Positions 24,952-38,300 of a DNA stretch of 64,000 nt are shown piece by piece (position 1 is the stretch's first letter; each line of letters begins with the position of its first letter). The stretch covers positions 186,101 to 250,100 of the forward strand of contig DF236951.1 of assembly GCA_000708835.1 (NCBI GenBank), read 5' to 3'. The translations under genes and the position numbers were made by a program. Source of the DNA: Klebsormidium nitens. Its lineage: Eukaryota > Plantae > Klebsormidiophyceae. Below the pieces are notes generated by a model that was given only the letters and a program-made list of their open reading frames with translations, was not told where the DNA came from and made no database searches.

Positions 24952-26446
24952 TGCAGAAATGCGCTAAGGGAGTTTACGAAAGCTGGCGCACCCGCGAGAG
25001 AGAAGGAAAGCGCTAGCTAAAATGGACCTGAGATGCTCCTGCATCCCAATCCTTGCCGGGTGCTGTCACAGATCAGGAGGATCTACGAAGAGGAGCCGCT
25101 TTTCATTTGAATGCGGATGTTGCGTTTCCCTTTCCCTGACGAGATGTTTAGGCCATTTGGTCTTACTTTGACTGTACCACGCATTTTTAAAGATGTAAAA
25201 TGTCATTGTTCTTTAAGGTCGGCGGCGGGTCTGGCACCGCCAGGCATGGCAGGAAGCAATCCGAGGCTTGACGCTTCTGTGCGCAAGTTTGCATGCATGC
25301 GCAGATTGTTGACGTTCAGTGGCTGAAGCCCGGAGGTGGTGAGGTGGGTTGAGGCGACGCATTCCGCTCAGAAAAACAATCGTGTTAACGTACCTATTCA
25401 ATCTAGGATGCTCGGTGTGTACGGTCGAGGTTAGGTATATGGTTGACATGGTACAGCCGTACAGATTTCATGCCCTAATGACCCAGGAGCTTCAGTGGTC
25501 AGGAAGCCACCATCAAAGTACTCGTATGATTTGAGATCGAGCAGTTTCGATCCTAGTCATGGGCCCGATGTTGGAACGGAAGAACACGGGCACACGGCCG
25601 GGTCAGCGCTTCTATGCCACCAGATCCGCATTGAGTCCATTGTTGGCAGTCCCCAACCAAAGCCACATGACCGCGACGGTTGATCGTCAAGCAACTATAC
25701 GTGCGCATCATGTGCCGCCGTGTGACATCGATCTGGCAACGATGAGTCGCGACGCCTGATGAATACATGGAGCTTAGCCTGTTCGATGTCGATCATATTC
25801 TTCATACTAATCTGGTACATCATCCACCTTGTAGGCAACCTCGTTCACGTTCGAAATGTTAAAGTAGGTTGGACGCATACGGCAACCAGAAATGGCAAGC
25901 AGCTTCAGATCACCCAGACTGTGCCCAATCGAAACATGCCATGGCCAAAGTCTAAATTTCAACCTACTTAAAGACAACACGCGAGGGGCACCATGAAAGT
26001 TAACTCAAAATTCTGCATGGGCGACAAGAACATCTAAGCATGCAAACGAGACGTTGCGCGGCTCAAATTGACGACATTTCTGGCGTGTGCCCGGCCTTGC
26101 TTTTACATTTTGACGAGTGCGCGCCTGTTACTGAGAAACGTCGACACTAACGTGACCAGCGACTCCAAACCGCAACTCGACTTGAATGATATTATGTACG
26201 TCCCACGACATCCTAGCAGCTCTTTGACCAGTCCGTTGTGACAAAATCCGGTAGAGCAGCTCTCTAGCTGTGACTCTCTTCGTTTACAAACGCATCCTTG
26301 CTACTAGTGCGGTCGCTTCCGACCACGGCATTGGAGACAAAATTATTCCTCCTGATCTCACTATCCGTTGCAAGCTAGGCCGCCAAAATAACGCATCTGC
26401 TTACATGTCAAAAGCGAGCATGGACACGCAATATCTCGTTTACCGC

Positions 26447-29400
26447 CTACTTATTTAGCGCCTCAGGTATGAGTAAGTAACTCGAGATCAAAAAGAAGAT
26501 ACTCCCCCACCAAGTGGAGAAATACGTGCCCCACTTTTGGCAGCACTCGGTCGGATACACGAGCGCGCCAAAGAGGCCGGACAGCAGAAACCCGATGGCT
26601 CCTAACAGGTTCCAGAACCCGGCCTGCCACCCGAGGTCCCAGAACTTGATCCCGAACCACGAGTGCGCGCTCTCGACCATAGTGAGGTAGCTATTGATGA
26701 TGAAGAAGATGGAACCAATCATCTGCGGGCGACAGGAGAGGAATTCTTTCATAGCGTTGAGTTATATCACCAGATGAAAGCAAGGTCGTGCTGCTACAGT
26801 TGGTTGGAACGATAAGTAGAGCGCAGTGCATGCTAATCTACCGCGGATGAATGGAGAGGCAGGCCGACAAAGGAAGCGACGGAATGGATCGAGCTCGGAA
26901 TGGCTGGGGTTAAAAGACAACGAGTCTTAGAAAGCGTGAATAGACGATTGACAGCCTTGGTTGATCAACTCCACGCTGGCCACACTGGCTTCTTCAAGCG
27001 AGGTCGAGCTGCGGCAATGGTTGCACTCTGGCAGCAGTCCTTAGGATGCCCAATCAAGGATCGAGTCTCTTTCTCAGAGGTTCGCGGAACTCGCAGGCTT
27101 TGGATACCAAGCACAATTGGGCAAAAGCGTCTAGTTTGTCTGTACTCCAAGCTAGTCAAGGATTCCAATGCATCAAAGTGAAGGCACGAGAACCCAGAAC
27201 GTTAAAATAGACGCAACCCCTCGACAGTACATCCAACAAAAAGGGCGGGCAGGATCTGCGGCTGACCTGCGGCAGCCAGTAGAGTATGAGCCAGCCCTGC
27301 CAGTGGCTCGGGGGGTAGTCGAACCACAGCACGTGGGGGACTCCCGTGATGCACGCCGGGACGCCGAAAATGGTGGCACCAATCAGCTGCAAGGAGGAGA
27401 GGAGCTCGGCTTAGCATAACCCGCCATATGCTCAGAGAGATCGGTGCAAACTATTGACGGCTGCCTCTCACAAGTCCGAGAGTGACGGATCCGTCATGAA
27501 ATCGAATCAAGCCGTTAGCGTTCTTGCAATCAAAAGTGCTTCTTGCAGCGTGCATCGAAGCGACACGGGTACACCCGAGCTCGGCAGAACAAGCGCTCCA
27601 GCACGACACCAGATCATCTCTAAGCTGGACGGCCAGAGTTCGAACGACTTAGACACACAGCCACACGGCCTGTCGGGATGATCCCCCCGTACCTGAGACG
27701 TGACCGTCCAATACGACAAGCTTCGCGGCCGCCACGCACACCACAGCCACTTGCGCCGCCTCTGCTTCGCCTCCGCGTGCCTCTCCGCCCTGCTTGAAAT
27801 CGGGGCTTCGCGCCCTTTGCCCACCCCCTCACCGACAACCCCGTTCTCAAATCCGTGGCCGTTGTGTAGCCCGTCTCCATCGCCAAAGTGCGTGCCGTTC
27901 TGCACTTTGTCGTCAAGCGATTGCGCCGCTTCGTCGAGGCGGTGGTAGGAGGCGTCGTTCTTGCTGTGGTAGACGCGTGTGGTGCGCCCCTCAGGGTCGT
28001 GCTCGATGCGGTGGCCCACGTCGATGTTCCTAAAAACGAGGGATTGGACGAAGGTGAGGTAGGTGATTTACAGCTGACCTAACCAGGGAAGCCCAAACCT
28101 CCCTCATCTGTCCCTTGAGAATGCCCAGCTCCGAAGCAGGGAACAACGTTTGAGGGATGTTTGAAGCTACAGTGAATGTTCCGATCGCTTAAGTACAAAT
28201 ACGTTTGACGAGCACTGAAAGTGTCCTCGCCCCTTGCAAAGATTGGAAGACACTGTAGCTAGAATGATTTATCTGCACTGACTGCTCTCTTTGTTTAGAA
28301 GTAACGCGGGCAAAAAAAGTTGCAATTCAACAAAGAGAAAGCTTGATACCAGCACTGGTATCTCCAAGTAAAAACGGCCCTGTGCAGCTTGTTCCTAGGA
28401 TTAAATGCTGGAAGGTGTCTGATACCAACAGGAGGCTTCTGAAGTCCACTCACTTGCAATTGCTGTTGACCATTTCCCAAAAGGCCAGGATGGAGCCCAC
28501 TTCGAAAAGGAACCCTCCCAGGACAGCTGTGTAGCCAACAACGTACAGGTTGACCCTCTCATTCTTGAGCGGCCACATCGCAAACGTGCCGTTCACAACC
28601 CAGGCTATGGACCCCACCGTGAAGGCCTGCGAAACAGGAACACCGTGTCAGTACCTCCGCTTTCCTTTCCTTTCTTTATGGCTTGCAGCCTTGAGCGCAA
28701 CGGGGTAATACTTGAGAATCAAAAGTTTGATACATTCTGGACGATGTGACCAAGTCAAGCTTGTCACTTCGAAAGAGCTGTCCACCGATTTTGAATTCTT
28801 GCAGTCGCTCCTTGTTTGGCATCGACCATGACTGAGGCAGTCTGATCAAGAAAGAGCACCTCAGGTAACAAACATGCCTTTGAGAAGGAAAGAGCAAGGA
28901 GACCCTAGTGAGGATGTTCCCGTGCCCTGAATCACAATTCTGGCATCTTGCGATGATTCGAAGTAAGGGGCACTTGGGCTTCTCACATGGACTACTTCAC
29001 ACGAGCGAGGGTTACCCAAAAGAAAGGTCCCAATGCCCTCACCCAAGCAACCATACCAAAGTTTTTGCACAAAGGCCGACAACTCACCACCCCAACCCAA
29101 TAAGAGATGTTGCGTGGCGCCCATCCCCATAGCTTATAGCCGAACGGATGGATCAGCGTCCTCGGCCGGACATGCTCGATCTTCCGCTCCTCCGACACGG
29201 CCTCAATGATTGGATGCCGGCCTTTCCTTGTCCTGGTGGACAACGCCACATGTGATGAGATGTAAGCTGTAAAGTCACGATATAAATCTGGGTACATACA
29301 CACTTTTGGCGCTCTCTGAAGGCGGTCTTTTTGTTTCCAGCACTGAGGTCGGCAGTATTAGGCAAGCGGGCTTTCACAAAAGCATCTAAGCTTTCCGGGA

Positions 29401-29881
29401 TTGCTCGAGTATACCAGATCGCTGAAAGGGCAAGTTGAGCCTGGTTATGCATGCGATATTAGCCGGAGACCAGAGAAACCTGAGCATGCCCATGGATGAT
29501 CTGTTTTGTGTAGGATTCTCGGAGCCCGGGTTTGTGCACCATCCCCGACCAAACAACTCAGTACAACACTACGCCGCCAATCGCAATGTCAAGGGCGCTG
29601 TACATACCTCCTTCTGAGAGATAATAATGTAGAGGGTTTCTCAACTCTAAAAAAGAGATCTTGGGAAAGTTTGCATTTGCGCACCTCCTTGCAGTTGTGA
29701 TTGTGCGCACCCCATGGTGCGGTACCTCGTGGACCGACACTGTTGGGCTGAGAATGCTCGTTGGCCCCGCAGCATGCTTCAGCTGCCAGGAAGCTGGAAA
29801 CACGTGTTCCACGTATCGCCACCCAGCATGGATCTCAGCGCCAGCTGGCGGCGCTTCAAGGTCCTGCTTTTTATCTTCCAT
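26447..29881 (-). CDS. Multipass integral membrane protein resembling a fungal uncharacterised family with YrhK-like repeats; about 415 aa
   Basis: Exons 29881-29726, 29421-29415 (predicted microexon), 29266-29088, 28626-28454, 28029-27693, 27386-27267 and 26722-26447 join in frame (1248 nt). Motifs: RTRKGRH, SYWVGVAFTVGSIAWVVNG, GFLFEVGSILAFWEMVN, SQLIGATIFG, YWLPQMIGSIFF, GWQAGFWNLLGAIGF and STWWGSIFFLISS. Alternative start at 29493. Confidence 0.8.
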
Positions 29882-30634
29882 CAGATTTGGGGGTGACACC
29901 CAGTATGCAGGCTGTCCCTATTGTCAGAAACTGCAAAGATCGGTGATCCCAGGAAAATGAACGAGAACCAGAAAAGTCACAATGAAAAGTCAGGGGCAAA
30001 GCCCGAGCGCGCGCCCTACCTCACAAACACGAGGGATACCTGCTTAGGATAATGCTGCTGAGTATGTGGATCCTCTCTCAGTAATTTTGATTAGAAGCCT
30101 TTTCGTGATTTGTAGTCTTAGCTTGGCTACTGAAGGTGAAGGTGGTCCCTAAAGATTGGCCCACCTAGCTTCAATCTGGTAGGTCCGTAGGATCTTGCTA
30201 ACCCAGCTCCAATGCTGCCAGCCCATAGCAGGTATGAGACTTTTGTCCTCATGCAGGCATGGACCAGTCTCCTCCATTCACAAATTGATCCAGGTACGGT
30301 GTGTAGCCTGTTGGTACATCCCGGCCTGGCAGTTAGCAGGGCTGCGAACGTGAGCAACATGCACATGAAACAGAGAGCTAAGGTACCTAGGAACTTGAAA
30401 GCCCAGATATAAGCTGAAAGCCCAGGCCGTCCCCGACCAGCTCAATCAGGCCAGGCCTCCGACCACCCCCGCAAGACGTCAAAGGCCCCTGAAAATTCCG
30501 AGTAGGTACGTGGGTGTGCACTGGTGTGCGACCCCCCTGGATGTGTTTCAGGGGGTGGAGCGTTGACGACCCCGCATTGTGAGCCGACACAGTTTAGGAA
30601 CAGTAAGCTTTAGGAATAGTAAGCTCACCAGCCT

Positions 30635-30982
30635 NNNNNNNNNNNNNNNNNNNNNNNNNNNNNNNNNNNNNNNNNNNNNNNNNNNNNNNNNNNNNNNNNN
30701 NNNNNNNNNNNNNNNNNNNNNNNNNNNNNNNNNNNNNNNNNNNNNNNNNNNNNNNNNNNNNNNNNNNNNNNNNNNNNNNNNNNNNNNNNNNNNNNNNNNN
30801 NNNNNNNNNNNNNNNNNNNNNNNNNNNNNNNNNNNNNNNNNNNNNNNNNNNNNNNNNNNNNNNNNNNNNNNNNNNNNNNNNNNNNNNNNNNNNNNNNNNN
30901 NNNNNNNNNNNNNNNNNNNNNNNNNNNNNNNNNNNNNNNNNNNNNNNNNNNNNNNNNNNNNNNNNNNNNNNNNNNNNNNNNN
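30635..30982. other. Assembly gap (348 N)
   Basis: Run of N in the sequence. Confidence 1.
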
Positions 30983-32342
30983 ATCCGCATTGTGCCAGTC
31001 CGCGAACTTCCGGAGCGCCAGATCAGCTTAGTCGGAGTTAATGCAGTCTACATATGTTGCCATGTCGGTGCGCCACGTGCTGCAACCTCGTGCGTCTTCG
31101 AAGTTCGCAACTTCGCATACAGAAACGCGGCCCGCCCTGATCCCTCTTTTCTTCCCTTCCTAGTTTCATTATTTCGCGTACAGATTCCAGAAACCGCTGC
31201 TAGATCGGAGGATCCATCATCCATCATTCCTTCAAGCTTAGAATCCCGTAAATTCCGGATCGAAGTTCTTGCACGCTCCAAAATTCTGACCATCCAACTT
31301 CCAAGAATCCAAGGTCCAACTTCCAGCACCGTCCTCCTAGGACTAGGTTCATCGGACGGTGTTGCTCGCCTGCTCACTACTCAGATGTCTAAACCGGTAC
31401 GCTACCGGTACCTACCTACTAGCGTAGGTACCTTGTCAGAGTCGCGGATCGTGTTCACCACATTTTCGGGCCGTACTTGCGGTAGGCATTGCGGGTACTT
31501 TTTACGTGAAAGTCGCCTTTTCAATGATTGAGCTCCGGTTTTGCACACCGACTTCGAAAGATCGAGATCGCCGGGGCTGTCAAGTACGTTTGTCGGGAGA
31601 ACACCCCCCGGCACTGAGTCGGCAGGTAAAAGGTGACCGGAAGCGCCAGCTATGCGACGACCAAGCACAATCCGGGGCCTTTGATGCAACAGCTCATCGC
31701 ATAGAAGTTCGAAGCTGCCCATCACTTTTCGACGAACTGCACAATTTCAACCGTCCGCATGCGCCAGATAAATTCTGGTATCCACCTGGCCTGCGGTTGC
31801 GGCCACACATCTTGCCGCTTTTGGAACTTCGACGGCGGAGATTCAGTTCACATCACTGATGTGGGCCACAAACGTTCCAAAAAGCGCCATATCCACTTTA
31901 GATAAGCGGCTGATTTGCAGCCCCATGAGCTGAAGGGTACTCGTACCATACAGAAAAATTGCACCTGCAGTGGTTCCCAGTCACATAAATTCCCCCCCGG
32001 CCACATATCTCGTTCCGGGTGTCGATCTGAGCCCGGGACTGTGCATTTATCCCGTCAATACCACCTCCCGCTCGGTTTCCCGGCTGTGTTTTCTCCTTAA
32101 GCGCTCGGGTTTCAATACCCGACCTCAAATAGCACAATGCATTGCAGTCAGCGACTCTGCATTAATAGATCTGCTCGGCTCTCAACTCGCAGGCTGCGCT
32201 TGCCTCCCTCAGCATTCAGGCTCTAGCTGTGCTATCTTCAAAAGCAAGGGCCCTCCGCAATTTCCCCCTCATTCACAGATCTTGTTCCTTAACCTCCACC
32301 CTTCCATCCAGACCTCACCACCTCCGAAGCCAATCAGACGCC

Positions 32343-34127
32343 ATGGCTTCCGCTCTTGCCGTGAAGATGGGATCCGCCGCTGCTTTCACTGCAGCGAGCG
32401 CTGGCAGCACCAAGCAGAGCTCCATTGCTCAGCCTTTCGTTGGCCTGAAGGCTGGCGCTGGCCTCCCCATTGCCAAGAAGGCCGCCACCTTCGCTGACCA
32501 GACCGTGTCAAACAGCGGGCGCGTGCAGTGCATGAAGGTGAGCTGGTGTTCTGAAAGGTGATGTTGTGATCGTGGCCACTGTTGCTGCAGAATGCAATGC
32601 AGTGTTGATGGTGGAAGGGAAGTACAGAGGAGTGTTGCACTGGGAATAGCAGGGATCTTTATCGCTGTCAACAGCTGGACAATGCATTTGACAGTGACAA
32701 CAGTTTGCAATAGGAAGATCAGAAAGACCTTGACACACAACCAGGACTGATGGATCTGGGTGGCGATGGGAGAAGTTGTGGTAGTCTACACGCATTTACG
32801 AATGCAATAGCAAAATCGTCACTGCAGTTCACTCCATTCAGAAGTGAGCAGGGAAGATGTGAAACTTACTGCCGCGATTGCAATGTTGGATTTTAGAAAA
32901 GGCCGCTGTCTGGCGTGTTGTTTAAACAGTGCTAACTTGTTAAGCAAAGTTAGCGCGCAAGTGCATTGTCCAACCAGCAAAGGTTCATCAGATGGAAGTC
33001 TGACGTTGCTTTGCTCGTTGCAGGTGTGGACTCCCCTCAACAACAAGAAGTTCGAGACCCTCTCCTACCTCCCCCCCCTCTCCGCTGATGCCATTGCCAA
33101 GGTAGGGCCTCACGATTGCCTGTGCTTGTCCCTGTGACTGCTTGATCATTGGCAATGGTCAAAAGATGTTTTATGCTATGTTGGTCTTGCTGCTCCATTG
33201 ACAGTCTAGACTTGCGAATGGAAAGCATACGCTATGTCGGGCTTGGTGCTCCATTGACAGTCTAGACCTGGGAATGGAAAGCAGATCAACCAAGGAATTT
33301 TAAGGGGTGGTTGGTTGGGACACGATCATAGTTTAGTATCAAGGAGATGTTCGCGGCATATGTCAACTTTGCAACCCTGAACCTTACATGCACCACTCCT
33401 CCATGTCTGTCATGTTCATTGATTGCATTCTTACGGTGATACAGAAACTTTACTCATGTACTTTCTTCCCCTCTGTTACAGGAGATTACATACATGATTT
33501 CCAAGGGCTGGACCCCCTGCATTGAGTTTGACGAGGTAAGAAGCCATGATCTTTTGATTGTCTGGTTGAGCTTGTCTTTCCAGACACTCAAAACCAGTCC
33601 CTTGATTTTTGCAGACTAGGGCCTCCCAAGTCTTTCACCATTTGAACATTGCAGTGCAACCCTCCTCGAAGCAGTAGTACCCACACTCATTCGTATCCAT
33701 AGCTTTGTTGACAAATGCCCTTCACTATCGTTTGCCATGAACCCTAAGAGATTGATGTTTTTGGCCTCTCTTTCCTAAACCCTAGGTCTAGATTGGGTAC
33801 CTAGGTCTGCTATGCTAATTTCTGGTTGCAAGTATCTGCAATGTACTGTCCCTACCTAGCCTGATCCACCTGCTCTCCTGCCTCCTACAGGTAGGTTACG
33901 TGTCCAGGGAGAACTTCCAGGGCTGCGGGTACTATGATGGCCGGTACTGGACCATGTGGAAGCTCCCCTTGTTCGGCTGCACTGACCCCAGCCAGGTCCT
34001 GAAGGAGGTTGCTGAGGCCAAGAGGACTTACCCCAATGCCTACATCCGCGTCTTGGGTTTCGATGCAAAGAGGCAAGTGCAGTGCTCCGGGTTCCTCGTC
34101 CAGAGGCCGGGCCAGGCTTTCTTTTAA
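32343..34127 (+). CDS. RBCS: Rubisco small subunit precursor with chloroplast transit peptide, 4 exons, 187 aa
   Basis: Transit peptide [15 protein letters not shown]...SNSGRVQCM, then mature [48 protein letters not shown] and [15 protein letters not shown]. Exons 32343-32537, 33024-33101, 33482-33535, 33891-34127. Confidence 0.99.
33175..33283 (+). repeat. 56-bp imperfect tandem duplication in RBCS intron 2
   Basis: TGCTCCATTGACAGTCTAGAC(T/C)TG(C/G)GAATGGAAAGCA occurs at 33191-33227 and 33247-33283. Confidence 0.9.
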
Positions 34128-35396
34128 GTGCTTATGTTTGAAACGGAGGGTTTAGCTACATTGCATTTCGAAATAGATCGACAAGACAGAACAGATCATA
34201 ATTGTATGGTAAATTCTGCGGCACAGAGCAGGCAGGTGATGATGTTCAAGGTTAAGAGAGAGTGGTTTCTCCTCTTGCTTCTGAACACTCCTTGGATATA
34301 ACTAACTTGGCTCCGCATATTGAGAGCACAAGAGAACTGTGAACGTGTAAGGTGGTAATGCATAGCTGCGTCAAGAACGCGTTGAGGAGCGACAAAAACA
34401 TTTTGACGGTGGATGACCATAAGTAAAAACAGGGTTCTGACGGAAATGATCATCAAGATCATTACTTGCACATACCTCTTTCAATAGCAAATGCCACAGT
34501 TGGAAAGCAAAGCTCTTAGTTAAACATTTTAAGCAACTGCCAACTGTGCATCATATATGTTTTCAGCGGAATCCCGAGCTGCCCTGCTACATAACAGAAT
34601 GTTCCTATGCCAAATAGCAGTAGGGTACTTGAACGAAATGGAAGCACGTTGCGAAATCCTCTTCCTTGCACGTGGTAAAAGCATGATGTCTTTCTCCAAC
34701 GAATCCGAATTTTGAATAGAAAAGAAAGCTGTGTGAAAGGTGATGGTCAGGCAATTGTCATGCATACACGGAATCACACTTCAACCGAACAGGAATTGCA
34801 ATTGCCAGACAACGATCCTGCCCGCTTTCGTTGTTCTTCGTGCTTGCTGTACTAAGCTAAATACTGAGGATTTTGAAGCTTCTCATGGCGTACATACATG
34901 TACGTGGTCTGCGTACACATACATGTGGTCTGTGTATATATTTTGTCTTGTTCAAAATTGCCAAACTGTACTCCAACTGTCAGTATTTGAAGTACACTGG
35001 ACGCCATAATACGGCCTGGCAAAGAGGCTGCTCAACAGGTACTCGATCGAAATCACCAGCATCACAACTGAGCTTGTTCTTCGATTTCCAATCGATCCAG
35101 TCTCTCACTGGAGCGTGGCGCCCGATGGCTCAAGGAGACTCACGGTAGATAAGAGCAACTGACCCTGAATTCATGATCGGACATCCAGGACAGCATGATT
35201 GACATCAGCTCATGTGCATGCGCGCATAGACTCCAAAGATGGTGCACAAGATATAAGCTGCCTCGATTGGTACTGAAGCAGCCTGCTACATCCCGTGCTG
35301 AAACCCTGGAGTCCCGAAGACAAACATGTAGGTCCAGGTCTATCTCGACTCCTGCCCACCACATTCGTGTCTAAGTCGACTCCTCTTCTCGCTTCT

Positions 35397-38300
35397 CTAT
35401 ACCCTGTGACCATCCACAAAGTCGCGAATCACACGCTTGATCCTCCGTCCGCCATCGCCTCCCAAGTAACCACCGCCACCCGCCCGTCCTCGCTCGTTTG
35501 CCCCATGCTGCGAAACATCGGCTGCAGCCGCCACGAATGCATCTCCCCAGATCTGAGGCACCGCTTGTGCTTCATCTGGTCGGAGGCATCCAGTTGGAAG
35601 TGCTTGAAGCTGCATTTCCAATAGCAACCCATCATCAGTGATGTAACGGAACGTACTAGAATCTAAAGATGCAGCAAGGCATCTTCTTATCCTGGACCAG
35701 GAACCAGAAAATATGTTGAAAAGAAAACAACAAGACTTCCCTGCGAAGCTTAGCCCTTCAAAGTACGTCAGCGTACATCCAGATTCGTCAAAAGGACAAG
35801 AACAAGCATCATTGAGGAATGGGCCGGACCTTCAACTACCAACGCTTCTTAATCCATGGAGCCTGTGCAAAGAGGAAAAGGCGGAGACCCTGGCTTCTTT
35901 ACTTCTGCCAAAGCTCACGAAAGCCTGGATCCAAGTCAAGCTCCCGGGTAGCAAACACACACAAGAGGTGCAGAAGAAAGACCCGAATGCACAAGTAACG
36001 GGTTAAACTAGTAAGCGGCCAAAACTTCTGTGCATCCCGAAGTGGCCAAACGCTTTGCACGTGCAAACACTCCGAAAAGCACGAGTACAGTCTGGTGAGA
36101 GATTTCCCTAAAAGGCAAGGAGGCAGTACAAACGAAAAGGTAAAGAACTCACTACGGACGCAAGCCAGTGCTGCAGCAGGGCGAGGCCGGCCTCGGGTGG
36201 CTGGCCGCTGTGTTGGATCACCAGCACGGCCAGCTGCTGAAAGATGCTCGCGATCTTGTGGATCTGCACGGAGCGGGGTATGGTTGAGAAGACGCCGTCA
36301 AGTGGGACCATCATGTCGGTTGAAAAGCCGTGACCATCACGTCGGTTGAAAACGTGAAGAGGTACTAGGCGACTTGAACGCTCGAAGGCTTGAGCACATT
36401 GAGATGGCTCAAGTGTTCTCGCGATTTGCTGGTCCCCGCAGTTGCTCTGATCCGTTATAGCTGCTTAAGGCAGCAAACACTCGCTCAGCACGCAAGCTAG
36501 CCAGAATCTACGAGCGGGGTTTCCCTTCCCGTCCCACGGCAGGTACGCAGCCTATCGTCGGGGCGGTTGGAGCAGCCACTACGGCAGCAGTTTGTGACGA
36601 GCAAAGCGATCAGAGCTTGTGACCCCGTTTTCGCGGTCTTCCCTGCCGGACCGAACGACAGATTGTTGGACCTACGAAACAGCCAGCGATGGGCGACTGT
36701 AACCAAGCGAAAGCCAAACATGGTGTCTTCTCATTGGCTTCGGATCCCAGCTAACCTGCAATGAGTACAAAGATGCCACGGGAAGCCCCTGAGGCTGACC
36801 TTAGTCATGGGCGAGATCCCGAGCAGCGCTTGCACCAGGCCGTGTACGATGATGCGCCCCGATTGGACCACCAGGTTCACGAGAGGGACGACCGCCGCAG
36901 AGGTCTCGTCCGACGACGGCAGGGCCGCCTCCATGACCGCTGCAAAAATTCCAAGAGGCTCCTTTCAGAATTCGTCGATAGATCTGCCAACTCTGGCAAT
37001 TGGCGTTTGAGCTGACGAGCGACGGTTGAGTGGTGCGAGAAAGATGTGCGCTCCATTTTTGACTAGGATGTGTCACTGGGCAGTACTTGAACGACACGGC
37101 AGAGGCGACTCGGCTTCACTCGAGGGCAGCTTGAATCGTCAGAAGCATTCGCCGATGCGCCACCACGACGTCGTCGTAACTCAGATTGGCGCCTGGGTAC
37201 GCAATAGATGCTGACTCACGGCAGCGCAATACAAACTTGAAACATCGTGTTCTGGAGCTGCAGAAAGCAGCTTATAATGTAAGCAACTACAGTTGGTGGG
37301 CGGAACATCGGCACAGCTATCGGGAATTTCCGCGGCCGCTTCAGCGGGCGGCATACCTGCTACTAGAGAAAGGGCAGAGGCCGACACCCCCCGGTGGCTC
37401 GCGCAGGCGCATCCGGCGCCGATGCTGAGGGCGACCTGCACCTGGCCCAGTGCCTCTGACACGACGTCCTGAAAAGATGTGGAGTAGCCGTCAGCCAGGA
37501 TCACTTGTCTTTCATTCCCATTAATCCGTCTGCTCGCACCGCCAGAGCAAAGTAAGTGGTTGACACAGCTGCTTCGGACGACACAAAGTCGCACCCTTTT
37601 GGTGTGGTTTGAAGCCAACTCGTCTAGCATTTCTCGGGAAGTCGAATCTAGTCGGACGCACTGGCGGCTGGATGCTTGCCAAGCGTTGCCAGAGAACATA
37701 CCGTCCTCACGATTTTCAGGACAACTCTTCTTTCCTGCCGTCCACGATTATAACAAATACACGCTCATTTTGCAGCGCAAGGAGTGATTGGTGACGTCAA
37801 TGATGAAAAGCGGCGGAACACAAAATGCAGCAGTCTCGACTCAGGAGATCGTACCCGGTCTTTAGAGCAGGGGACAGCTTTGTGGAACACTTTCACTTCG
37901 TGAGCTGCCGAAATCCCCACCATATCTGACAGATTACACCTTGGAACCACCTTGGAATCACGACCAAGAACTTCCACAGAAGGAATGCTCACCCTTCTGC
38001 TCGACCTAAGGAACGTGATAACAAAGTGGAGGTACGCTTCCGTGATCTCGGGCTCTCTGTCCGCATCTTCCACCGCCCGAATGCTAGCCACCGCAGGCGC
38101 CGCTGAGAAAACCCGCAACGCTTCTAGGCTGATGGGGCCGATGCTGGGCTCGCTACTCAGCTCCTCTGAGGCGGCGGAAGCTGGGAGAAAACAAAGCACG
38201 AAAGGCATTTTGGAAGTGGATCAATCTTGCTCGGCTGAAACGTGGTGGAATCCTGATGTGGACGGCCTTGGAAAACTAATTGTTAACGCACTTGAAGTGT

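Noticed and set aside
25759-25971. 70-aa ORF with a hydrophobic N-terminus
   Set aside because: No homology or splice support, and indistinguishable from a chance ORF. It would need Ribo-seq.
29661-29960. Cys-rich + strand ORF with CFSC and CPYC pairs
   Set aside because: It is the antisense shadow of the first exon of the membrane-protein gene and has no coherent zinc-finger spacing or supporting exons.
30992-31531. 179-aa ORF right of the gap as a possible transposase or gag
   Set aside because: No DDE, RT, integrase or zinc-knuckle motifs, and it has no ATG start.
34128-34300. About 57 open codons after the RBCS stop, suggesting a hornwort-like C-terminal extension by readthrough
   Set aside because: TAA-G is a poor readthrough context, the length is compatible with chance, and the peptide has no recognisable features.
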